64,000 bases of DNA from Takakia lepidozioides (taxonomy: Eukaryota; Plantae; Bryophyta): NCBI GenBank assembly GCA_030704615.1, contig CM060731.1, positions 10,788,001-10,852,000 of the forward strand, written 5' to 3'. Positions 47,701 through 58,487 of this stretch are shown here, piece after piece. Within the stretch, counting starts at the first letter, position 1. The number at the start of each line of letters is the position of its first letter. A model generated the notes under the pieces. That model made no database searches. It was not told the DNA's origin and worked only from the letters and a program-made list of their open reading frames with translations. The position numbers were made by a program, and so were the translations under genes.

Positions 47701-50410
47701 AGTGGTTTAGATACAAAAACATGACAAATGTCTGAAAAGTAGTGTACTGCAGATGGTCAAGTTCTGACTTTGTTGGGTCAAAAGATCTACCTCAACTGCA
47801 CCTGTGAGACCATGACCAGCGTGGAGTGCTCCTGTCACATTTGGAGGGGGGGAGGGTATCACCTGACCAAAACCAGTCACATAACCATTCTTCCCACAGT
47901 GTTAGGCATCGCCATTCTTGAGTTTGTGAAACAAATTTGGACAGTTTGGCTTCCAAATTATTCAACTGGATTGTGGAGAAAAAGTACAAACAACCGACAC
48001 TTACGATTGTAAAGGGAGGTTTCTTGCTCTGGGCGTCAGCAACAAAGAAGCCTTCTCCCACCATTCATACCACCTGCCACACACGTGCTCTCCAAAGTAC
48101 GTCAGTATCACCAGATTGCAGTGTGTCCTGTCTTGATAAGTTTCTTGACATGAAGGGTGAACTGTTAATCCCCTGACAAATTAGACCCAAAGCCAATTTA
48201 TTTTCTTTCTCTAAAACAAAAGGAGAAAATTGGAAATGGAAGAGATTCAGAGAAGCGGCTTATGGATGGGGACATACACGAGATAATTAGGGAGAGGAAC
48301 GTAGGAGCACTCAACAGCCTTGGGACTATAGGATTTAGCCATCTCTGGAGCGAAACGCTTCTTCTCACCCGCAGGAGTGGGCGGGTCAACCGCCTCAGCC
48401 TCATCTGCAATAGATGCTGCCTTCTTTGCCTTCTGCTCTGCCTTCTTTTATGGTTGCGCTGGAACTTTGGCAGCCTGTGCTTTTTGTGCTGCCTTCAGTA
48501 TCAAACCTCCATCATAATTGTACCTAGTCATAAGTTAGCAACTTCATGAACTTGTGTAATTGGGTGACTTCCGACCTCTCCCTAGCCTGCACGCATCATA
48601 CTGCTCCCCCGCAAGCACGGCTCCTCCTCAATCCCTCTGCCTCGCGTACATTGCATCCACGTGGCAGCACGGCCTTGTCTTTTCAAATGGGTCCACACAA
48701 CAACAAGTGGAGCATCTTGTGTGGCTCATTCCTGAAGCTCCTCAAGCCAAATCAGCAAACCTTGCAGTCAAATCACCGCATCAATAAGCATTCCAGCGAA
48801 AGCTCACCATGTCCCACATTGAAACTTTACACGCTGTAGGACAATAGGACAGTCTTGGCCCAATTTATGACAGGCAACAGCTGGACAGCCTTTTCATCCA
48901 TAATAGTCAAATCATATTCCACGACGTATGACTTACGATAGAAGTGCCTAAACTTCCACAGATCATCGATGATGATGGCAATCCCTTCATCCATAAGGGG
49001 GATAACCTGATTTCCTGGTGTAGTAAACAACCTCACAAACGCCTTGTGAGACGACTCCCCTGATGGAATGGGTAGCGAGCATATCTTCAACCACCCTGTC
49101 ACAAAGTTGTCCCACTGCTGATAGAACCCCTCCAAACGCTTAGCTATGCCGAACGAGTCACACTTTGGAATTTGCAAGTGGAGGAGGAGCTGCTCCCGTA
49201 GTGTCTGCATCACAAAAACACACTTCCCTAGAACTTCGACATTCTCCACAAAAATGCGATCCTCAAATAGAGTGCCAGCTAGACTAATATACTGCCCATC
49301 CCTTCGAATGGCAAGTATGTTTTCCTTAGCTCGATGACAAGTCTACAAGATCCACCTCCTTCCCAACACCTTCAACTCGTCTGCCCATTCCACAATCTTC
49401 GACGGATCCTGGATCTTTCTAGACTCGAATCCAATGTCAATGTCCTGCGAAGTTGCAGTATTTCTTAGGAATGACCCAAAAAGCAAGACCCTCTAGACAT
49501 TCGGTTTGCTGATGAGGTATGCATGTATCGGTGCCAGGATCTTGTGGTGGTCATCAGAACGCTCCAGAGAAAGGGGTGGGGTTGTGTTTGCTAGGCAAAG
49601 CTCCTCCATATCGTATGTGATGGCGTCATTTCCATAAATCTCCCGCCATACTACCTCACTACTTCCTCCTCGTCAGAAATGTCACGGAAGAACAACCGGG
49701 AAAGTGCCAGCTTCAACTTGACGGGTGTGTCAAGCAAAGAATGCAAAGCCAATATCTCCGATGAAGGTGTCTCCAGCAAAGCCACATTATAACCCTGCAC
49801 AATGTCTCACTTCTTTCATGGTGGCGTCTATCTTAAAAGCCAGGGAAGGGCCAAATGGGAAGCACTGCACTCGTAACTGCCAATCCTACTCCATGGTAAC
49901 TCACTGCACAGATGCTGCCCGATTATTTCAACCCTCAAAACAACGAAACCCTAAACACACGATATCGTTCTCCCGAAGCCCTCTCCCCAAGCTTCATAGC
50001 TTCAAATTATAGGACCACCGAAGTCCCTTACCAGAAATACCTGCGAAACCAAGGACTCTCTTTTTAGCTATGCAGCTGAACATTATACTGGAAAAAAAGG
50101 TGCAACCTAAATTGAGCAAATCATATCTTCTGCATAGCAACTGCTCTTAGTGTGGCATTGCTCGCAAGGAAGAAGACAGACGAAACTCACTCAACCACAG
50201 TCTCTCTCTGTCTCTCGCTCCCTCTCTCTCTCTCTCAACACACGCATCATCACCCCAACTAAAAAACTATATGCAATGCCCCAAATGGCCAGTTCGCTGA
50301 CACAATCAAACATGCTATGCTACATACCTTCTCTTCTTTCTTTTTGGATCTTCTTCATTTGCTCCATCAGCTCCTTGTCCGACGTCCAGCATTCCTCATT
50401 CCGGTAAGTC
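44770..50410 (-). pseudogene. VARS: Cytosolic valyl-tRNA synthetase pseudogene (intron-containing, decaying toward the 3' end)
   Basis: Exons encode KKKEEK|, DPPTPAGEKKRFAPEMAKSYSPKAVE, GFFVADAQSKKPPF, PPNVTGALHAGH (HIGH), [72 protein letters not shown]. Many stops and frameshifts; C-terminal half largely lost. Confidence 0.92.
48827..49894 (-). pseudogene. Fused MNT (minimal nucleotidyltransferase) + HEPN (HepT-like RNase) ORF, disrupted
   Basis: RVLLFGSFLRNTATSQDIDIG (GS-x9-DxD, 49477-49436), KEVDLVDL (in a locally shifted frame) and IRRDG, then in frame IAKRLEGFYQQWD..IPSGESSHKAF..IDDLWKFRHFYRKSYVVEYD (R-x4-K-x-Y at 48949-48926). TAG stops at 49495 and ~49345, plus frameshifts. Confidence 0.75.
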
Positions 50411-50690
50411 CCTGACCTCAACTGCCATGTGCTAATTTGCTAAAAGAAGAAGAAAAGCATAGAAATACCTTCAATTGTGGCTGGGGAGCAGAATCTTCCC
50501 CTTTCTCCAGTGAGGGTCATCCATCTGCAGGCCCATCGATCTTCGATATGGGACCAAGCCAACAATCCTCACAGTTAGCTCTACCTCTATGAAAATACGT
50601 CCCAATCGATCCCCGAAGACCAAATCCCTCCCCCACGTAGGACGTCTCTATGCAGTGAAGGACGAGGACGACGGAGCAGTGACTTAGGTT

Positions 50691-50780
50691 TAGGGTTTAC
50701 TAGCTTGGGCAGTCACCCCCACTGGAAGGTCATTGTGACGCAACATGGCTTTTTATCTCGTTTGTGCACCCTAAACCCTA
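50691..50780. promoter_or_regulatory. Telo-box motifs upstream of the ValRS pseudogene
   Basis: TAGGGTTT at 50691-50698 and AAACCCTA at 50773-50780. Telo-boxes are typical of promoters of plant translation-machinery genes. Confidence 0.5.
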
Positions 50781-50849
50781 ATAAAATGAAATCCGTTTTC
50801 AGTGTTCGGAAATTCAAGAGCATCCGGCAACAAGGGTGGAATGACGAGG

Positions 50850-51210
50850 GAGGAGGGATTCGTGGATCGTCTAATGGAATGTTGGTCTTCACAGTGCTGT
50901 CCCTGACCTTGAGACTGCAACCTATAATCTAAGTTATGGGCTTGCTGCCCGGCATGGCCCGAGCTTGCCTGGACAAATCCTTGCTGAAATTTCCAAGCTT
51001 TTACCAGTGTCCCTGCTTTTCGCAACTCCCCATAAGCCGCACCATCTCCTTTCCAGTTTCTTCGGCAGTGCAAAGGCGTCGGCATGGAGCAGGTCACATT
51101 GTTTTGAATGCTGCAGCGTCATTGACGTCCAGAGTTACATCTTCCTCAAGAAATATGCATCACTGCTCTACCAGGGGATTGGATTCAGGCCTGCGATGGC
51201 TGCAAACATG
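50850..51210 (-). pseudogene. Possible decayed NAC-domain relic
   Basis: Pieces RPESNPLVEQ*CIFL..QCDLLHADAFALP, GHW*KLG and KTN..*TIHE loosely parallel NAC subdomains (RFHPTDEEL..YL, DL....PW.LP, GYWK, KTNWIMHE). Confidence 0.3.
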
Positions 51211-51485
51211 GACTATGCATGAGGCAAGGTCTTCATCGGGGACAGTAACCGCTAGCCTTGGTTCCAGAGTGTTGCTGGGAGAGGATACGAGGAAGAGTTA
51301 AATCGGCAATGCATCACCGTTGTTCGGGGTAGGTTGAGGACTTATGAAGAGCTTTGGCTTGAAAAGCTGGCAGTTCGGGACTTCCAATGCATCTCAGTGT
51401 GCAGAGGCCTCTTCAAATGTTGGAGTTCAGTGCTGTAGATAGATTTTGCTATCTTCTAAGCCACGAAGATGCGCGCAGAATTTCA

Positions 51486-54305
51486 TTATATAGTCCGTGC
51501 CGCGGGGAAATCTGCCATGTACTTGGTACAAAACCCTAGTGCCTCATCCAACACATACCCTTCTGCCATGGAGCCTTCAGGTTTTGCCTTATTACGAACA
51601 TATCCCTTGAGGTATTTCATTGCCCTCTCCACTGGATACATCCACCTCGTGTTTACAGGTCCACAGATAGCCAACTCATCAACCAAGTGTACCAACAGGT
51701 GAGTCATGACAGCAAAGAACGAAGGTGGAAACTCTTTTTCTAGGAGACACAACGTGATGACAACCTCTTCATGTAGAGAGTGCATATCTGTAGGATCCAC
51801 AACCTTGCAACAAAGTTTCCTAAAAACTCTTGACACTCGCATTATGGCGCGTCGTGGACCAAGTTCCATCAAACCACGTAGACACAACGGAAGGATTTGT
51901 TGCATTAGTGTGTGATAATCATGACTTTTCAAATACGTCAACTTTCCATCCTCCACGTGTTTTTTGTATGCAGATGCATACCCGGTGGGCACCTTCAACG
52001 ATGACAGAGTCTTCAAAAATGATTTATGCTCCTCTGCACTCAAGACGTAAGGGGCTGCTGGCATTAACACCGTATTTGCTCTGCTTCCATGGGGTCGCAC
52101 CCACAAGTCCTGCCAGATCCCATCTCGTTCCAAATCCCTCCTAGATTTCAAAGTGTCTTTTTCTCCAAGGATAGTCTTCACTATGTTTTCACAGAGGTTT
52201 TTCTCGCAATGCATAGGGTCCAGTGTCTGCTGAATGAGGAGATCCTACACATAGATGCAAAACGTGTACAGCCATTAGACAAATGCGGCAATTCCTGAAG
52301 AGATCAAATCATCAGTAAAGGACCGGGGCTTGAATGACAGGCAAATGCATGTTGATCTTGAAAGCCGAATGTTTACCTTCCAGTAAGGTAAGTCGAATAG
52401 ACACGTCCGTCGTTTCACCCCATTAGCTTTGGAAGGATCTGGTACTGTGGATGTTCGGCCTCTGGCTCTTCCATTGCCTACAGCAACCCATTCTGCATAC
52501 TGTATGGCAAACCTTTCGATATCAGCTGCTGTCACAGTGGGGGGAGCTGACCTCTGTTCCGTGAAGCCATTGAAGCTTTTTGACCTTCTGTATGCATGGT
52601 TGCAGGGAAGGTACTTGCGGTGACCTGCAAATATATATTTTTGGCTATGATGCAAATAACGCGAGACCACATTTGGGCCGCAATTGGGACATCCTGCGTA
52701 CCCTTTCGTCACTTGGCCAGCCAACAACCCATACGCAGGGAAGTCGTGAATGCTCCACATCAACATAGCCCGTAGCTGAAAATCTCTCTGAAATCGGGGC
52801 CTAGACACATCGTGTGCCATTACGCCTGTGCTCCACAAAATTTGCAGCTCGTCCACCAATGGCACCATGTACACATCTATGTTTGCACTTGTTACTGATT
52901 CTTTGCCTGGTATCAACAATGCCATCATGGTGAAGAATTTTTTTGTCGTCAACCATGGCAGCAAATTGTAATTAAACAATAGAACTGGCCATGTTGTCGA
53001 TCGTTGGCCGAATGGATTCACACCATCCAAAGCAAGGCCTAGGCGTACATTGCGAGGTTCAGCTGCAAAGTCTGGCCACATACTGTCAATGTGACTCCAG
53101 GCCTTTGAGTCTGCGGGATGCCGAACCAGACCATCGGTACTGGTGTTCTTATGATGCCATGTCAGTAGCTCGGCAATACTCTTGCATCTGTACAACCCTT
53201 GTAATCGCGGTATGAGGGGGAAATGACGTAACACCTTCTTTGGAACGTTGCCACGACCCACCAAATACCTGGAGTTGTTACATTTAGGACAGGTAAGTGA
53301 ATCCTTAAGCGCCCCTCTAAACAGTACACAGCCTTTCTCACAAGCATGGATGGTCGAGTACGCCAATCCCAATCGGGAAATCAATTTCTTGGCCTCATAA
53401 TGCGAGACTGGTAGGGTGTTCCCATGAGGTAAAATGGAGTTCTTCAGCAAAGACAAGAGCTCATCAACAAATGAGTTGGAGCAACCGTGTGTTGCGCATG
53501 CGTTCAAGATCATCAACGCTGCAGAAAGACGACTGTGCTTACTGCCACTGTATAATTTGATTTTTTATTCTTCCATCAGTTTTTGATGTTGGGGATCCAC
53601 AAATGCTCCATCCATCTATCTTGGATCTAGATTTGAACCCATGTCATTCTCATCAAAATCGCCTTCACTCATGTCAAATTGAAATAGTTGCTCTCCATTC
53701 ACATTGTTTGTTTCATTCTGCTGATTGCATTCTCCTCTTTCGAAGGCCTCTTGTAGTGCTCTGGCAATATCCATTCCCACATTGTTGTCTGATGCATCCA
53801 GCTCAATGTCATTGTCGATGGATTTTGCCCCAGCCAGGGAGCCCGTAGAGTAGTCCCCATCTGAGGACTCATCAGAAAATTGCTCCCCGTCATCCTGTCA
53901 ATTAAACCAATGCTATCGTCAATGTTTCCTATACTTCAGTACATATAAAATAGTATTTGCAATTCCATGTTTTATTTTTAAAAACCAGTGCATGATGAAT
54001 GACATTATAAGGGAAATCGACATGACTCATAACGGTCATGCGAATGTTAGTTTTAGTCATGGTGCGCCGTACCTGCATAGTGCGAGTCTGGCGCAAGTAC
54101 GGGTCCCTGCCATAGTTTAGCATGTGAGACTTGACAGTAGCTCTCAGTAGCGGCTTCCCTCCGTGGCACGCAACAACAACACCGTAGTTTTTTCCATCCC
54201 TATCGTCTGGCCAAGGGCATCCTCCTTCCGCCACAAGTGCACATCTCTCCTTCTAAGTCTTGCTTATGCTAACACTCTACCTGAAAAACGTGGTTGCCTG
54301 TACAT
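51486..54305 (-). mobile_element. CACTA (En/Spm) TnpD-like transposase gene (Transposase_21 + DUF4218), 3' truncated; intron 52245-52376
   Basis: IHACEKGCVLF, RHFPLIPRLQ, EPRNVRLGLALDGVNPF, SIHDFPAYG, FDLPYWK|DLL..DPMHCEKN, LKSHDYH, FPPSFF.VMTHLLVHL..GPVNTRWMYPVER..PEGSMAEGY. Confidence 0.93.
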
Positions 54306-54400
54306 GACTGGTAGCTGTAGGCAAGGATTCAAGGATAGTGGCAATATTGGTTTTGGGCGCGTAAGTTGACCCGCACACACCTGCACACTGTCGTCACCGA

Positions 54401-57400
54401 ATGGCCAATGGAAGTAGCTCAACTCTCACGGCTTACGAGGTGGAAAGGGCAGCCAACGTAGCGGAGGTGAAAGCACAGTTCAAAGAACTGGGACTAGCCA
54501 CATTGGTAGTAGAGTAAGCTAGGGATTCTGAATAACCACATGGCAGCAGAAGTAAGCTAGGAAAGCTGAGTAAGTGGATTGTAGCGCCTTGGAGTGACAG
54601 AAGGGCCCTCGCAAGTCTATGTAGAGACAGATTAGAGACAGAGATGTCAAGGAGGGTTTATTTCCTACACACTCCCTTCTACACCCTTCACTCTCCTTCA
54701 CGTCGTCATTGAGGGAAGTACCTCCTTTACGGAGGGTAGAATGACAGAGAGTCTGCCGAGCAGGTGAGAATGAGGGCCCGCACTCATGTATGAGAGTTTC
54801 TTGTGTGGAAGAAGAGTGCTACATAGGGGGGATTTTTTGCGCGGGAACTTTTTATTGCATTCGTTGTGCCAAAAATCCAAGAATCCAAGAATCCAAGAAC
54901 CCAAGAAATTCACTTCACATTCTTTTGTCATCTTAAGGTTTACCAGCTAGCTTGAGTCCTAACATGCTTGATAGTATGCAGGCTGCAGAGAGCGTTGCCC
55001 ACAAAGGCAGTGCGACAGCAGGCCCCACGCAAACCAGTGGTTGAAGGTGAGCCAAGGCGGTCATCTAGGTTCGTACTACAGCTTCCACCACGGAGCATGG
55101 CTGCAGAGGGAGAACCCGACGATCGACGCTACACTACAGGCGACTCAGACACGGATGACAACACCTGCCCTCCAGACGATGAAGGCACTGGTAACACTAA
55201 TCCCCTCCATGATGGGAAATGGAAGAGACCTGTTGAAATGCCTCCAAGGCCACCTGCCAAACGTCCTGCACCACAGCAGTACATATCACCTGTGGTGAGT
55301 GCTACTCCTACACACATTAACCCTAAGCTCCATCTCCATGTGTATTAGGTGCATATTTGGGTTTGGATCCATAATGTAGACAACACACTGTGGGTGTTGA
55401 TATGCCAGAGTAGAGATCAAAAAACCCTAGTTTGATTTGGGAGGTTCAGCAAAGATGATTTCGCCAAATTTTGGGTCATTCCACTACACCTACATTCTCT
55501 TGTCTTGCTTCATAGGTGGTAAGGGCTTTGGCCATTTGGCATTGGTGATTTGGTGCAATCCCATGAGAAAAACCTAATTACAAACACCAAAGTGATGTGC
55601 TTCTGCTTTTGAGGATATGAACATAAAAAAGGAACAATTGATCTAGCATGTTCAGGAAAGTACTGAAAATACTCTAGTTGTGCATGATTCCAGATGCACT
55701 TGATGTGTGGATTTATCAGTCAGGATTTGCAGTGGCAGTGTCTTGCCTGGATCATGTTGGTAGATGTCCACTTACTGCGTAATGTTTAATGTGGCAGTCA
55801 AGAAGCAAACGGGGGAGAGGACAATTTGTTGGGACCCTTCAACGTAGCCCTGCGCGTGACACATTTGTGCCCATGGAAGGGGGACATGCTCAAAATCCAA
55901 CAGGCTGTTCTCGCCCAGTCCGTCACATCTCGTATTCAAGACAATGAACACTCATGTTCAGCTAGATGTTGTGGTTGTGAGGAAGACAATAGGGGTCATG
56001 TTAAAAACTATTCGCACAGATTTGCGGGGTCATTTTCTCAAGGGGAAAGACAAACCAGCGACTGTGAGTTCTGCACAGTGGGACCGCCTAGTGGCTTATT
56101 GGCAAACAGAGAAGTTTCTGAAATCTTCTGAGAATGGGGCTGCTGCTAACAAGGCTGCAAAGAAACAAAGCAAGACAGGACCCGGTGGAAAGAATGGGGT
56201 TGAAGTTCGTCTGGTAAGGACCTCACTTGCAAAACCTGAAGCGCTATTGATGATGTGGACCCCTTTTTGATGTAGTGCCTATATGGGAAATGTGGAAATG
56301 CATGCAATTTTTGTGCACATGTGTAATCTAATACTTGAATATTTTGGCGCATGCAGGCTATGTCAACTGGCAGGACCCCTTCTTTCCAAGAGATCCAAGA
56401 GGGATCAATGAGCAAAGTGGGTGATCAGCCCACTAGCCCTAGATTGAGTCATTTAAGAAAGGAGAGGCTGTTCATTTTAGTATATTATGTTGTTTATGCC
56501 TTCATTTGTAGTATGTCTATTGACATTTGACGGTTTGTTTGGTAGGACAAGACAAGCACCATCCGCGAATTGGCAGAAAAAGTGTCATTGTTGGAGGGAG
56601 GTATGGCGGACATGAGGAAATTCATGTCTGAAGCCAAGGAGTTCAACAGGCTTTTGGCTATGAAGTTTGGCCTGAAGCTTGACCCTTGTTCCAATGGCAA
56701 CACACGTGCAGGCTCATCTATCGTGGTAGATGGAGCTACACATGTCCCTACCGTGTCAACTCGTCTGGACTCACGTTTTAACATGATTGAGGCGGTTGGC
56801 AATAAACCAGTATTGAACGTGGAGGGTTCACAGTCCATGCGGTCACCTTCTCCAGTGCGAGAAGTCAATGGCAACGGAGACCCAGTTGATAGTGATCGTG
56901 GATCACCTACTTCATCGAGCAAGGGTCAGGGCATGTTACTTGCACAATTTGAACCTCCTACACCCAAACATCTATTGATTTTGGACTTGAATGGATTGTT
57001 GTGCGATGCCACTCACCATGTTCTTTCTGTCCCAAAAGGAATTGTGTCCAAGAAATGTGGTTCAAAGCTCGTGATGTTAAGACCAGGGTGTTGTGAATTT
57101 ATTGCAAATTGTTTGAAAGTCTTTGAATTGGCTATTTGGTCCTCTGCACAAATTCACAATGTCCGGGCAGCCGTCGATTGGATATTCAGGGCGCATGTTA
57201 CAAGGCTTCAGTTTGTATGGGATCAGTCCCACTGTGAACGTGAGGAAGGGGAAAACATGCAGTCCTCATCAAAGCCTGTTTTTTTACAAATGTTTGGAGA
57301 AGGTGTGGAAGGCAATGCCACAGTGGTCGGCCCGAAACACTGTCTTAGTTGATGACAGTCCTTACAAGGGGATGCGCAATCCCGCCTACTCTGGGGTTTA

Positions 57401-58487
57401 TCCAGTTTCATGGACACATGACACAGGGATTGTTGACATTGGGCTGTTGGACAGTGTGTGGCCCTACCTTGAAAGACTGGCACAGTCCCCCAATGTGCCC
57501 GAATTCATACGCACAACAGGGGGATATGGACAGGGACCTATTACTACAGAGGCTGAAGGCGTGGCCAGAGAGGTACACTCTGGCCCTCACCTTGCATTAG
57601 TGAATGTTCATATCTTATGTTAGTCATAGGTTTGTGGACATTTGACGATAGTGTTTGTCATTGTCAATATTGTGAACAGCTATTTGACATATCGTTGTTG
57701 TACAATGCAATATCAGCTGCATGGTCGCAGAAAGCCAGGGACAGCGAGGGTTTCGGGCACAGCAAACACTGCCTTGGAGAAAAATATGGTAAGATCTCTT
57801 ACCTTTTTTGTGCTTACAGTTATGAGGACTATAATCATTTACATGTGGGAGTTCAATTGTTTCTTGACACATAGTTGGCATGAGGTTGAAGGGCATAGCA
57901 GGGCACATTGTGGATGCAACCCCCGTAGCATGACACGGGTAAGGCAAAAAACACCTGGCAGTGGGCTGATGTCCTTTATGTTTGCGAATTTCCCCACGTT
58001 GTTGCAGGTTGGACATAGAAAGCAAGCTGTCCTAGTGAAGACAACACCAGCTTAGAAGATCGTTATTCCAACACCCTCGGAGCAAAATGGGGTGAGAAAA
58101 ATTATACACCCCTATCATCTTCTCATGATTGCACTGGCATGTGACTCGGTTCAAACCTGTGAAATACGGGACTCATTTTTAACTGACACTGCTTGTGGAT
58201 TGTGGCAGGTGATTAAAGGCCATCGAGTGTGGCTTTTGGATGCCCTATCAAAAGCCAAAGTAGGTAGTGGTTTGGTGATGGGTTTGCAGGGTAGTACACC
58301 CCCAGAGGGATACCCATCTATACCTGTTGGGTACGTGGCTGTGCGTGTGGATGAAGTATGCATGGCCAACACCCCGCTTGCATACTTCAATACTTCAGTA
58401 CGGCCAGCCCACATAGAACTTGGTCACACTCTGGACTCTGTCACAGTGTGGAGTGATAAGTTGCTGAAAGTGCTGCCTCAACGGTGA
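54401..58487 (+). CDS. CACTA TnpA-like multi-exon gene with an embedded FCP1/NIF (HAD) phosphatase domain; 1-nt frameshift in the T-run 57279-57285
   Basis: Exon 1 YEVERAANV..FKELGL splices (GA|G) to the exon at 54982. Transposase_24-like WDRLVAYWQT..G.GG (~56000-56212). NIF domain LLILDLNGLL..LRPG..F..FELAIWSSA..FVWDQSHC..NTVLVDDSPYKG.RNP (56960-57410). Tnp1-like C-terminus VWLLD..VGSG..IPVGYVAVRVDEV..W (58210-58487). Confidence 0.72.

Noticed and set aside
48827-49894. Bacterial contaminant contig as the source of the MNT-HEPN ORF
   Set aside because: It is flanked on both sides by spliceosomal ValRS exons, is itself decayed and has no bacterial neighbours. Read-level confirmation is still needed.
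50684-50782. Interstitial telomere
   Set aside because: Only one to two TTTAGGG units per site; better explained as promoter telo-boxes.
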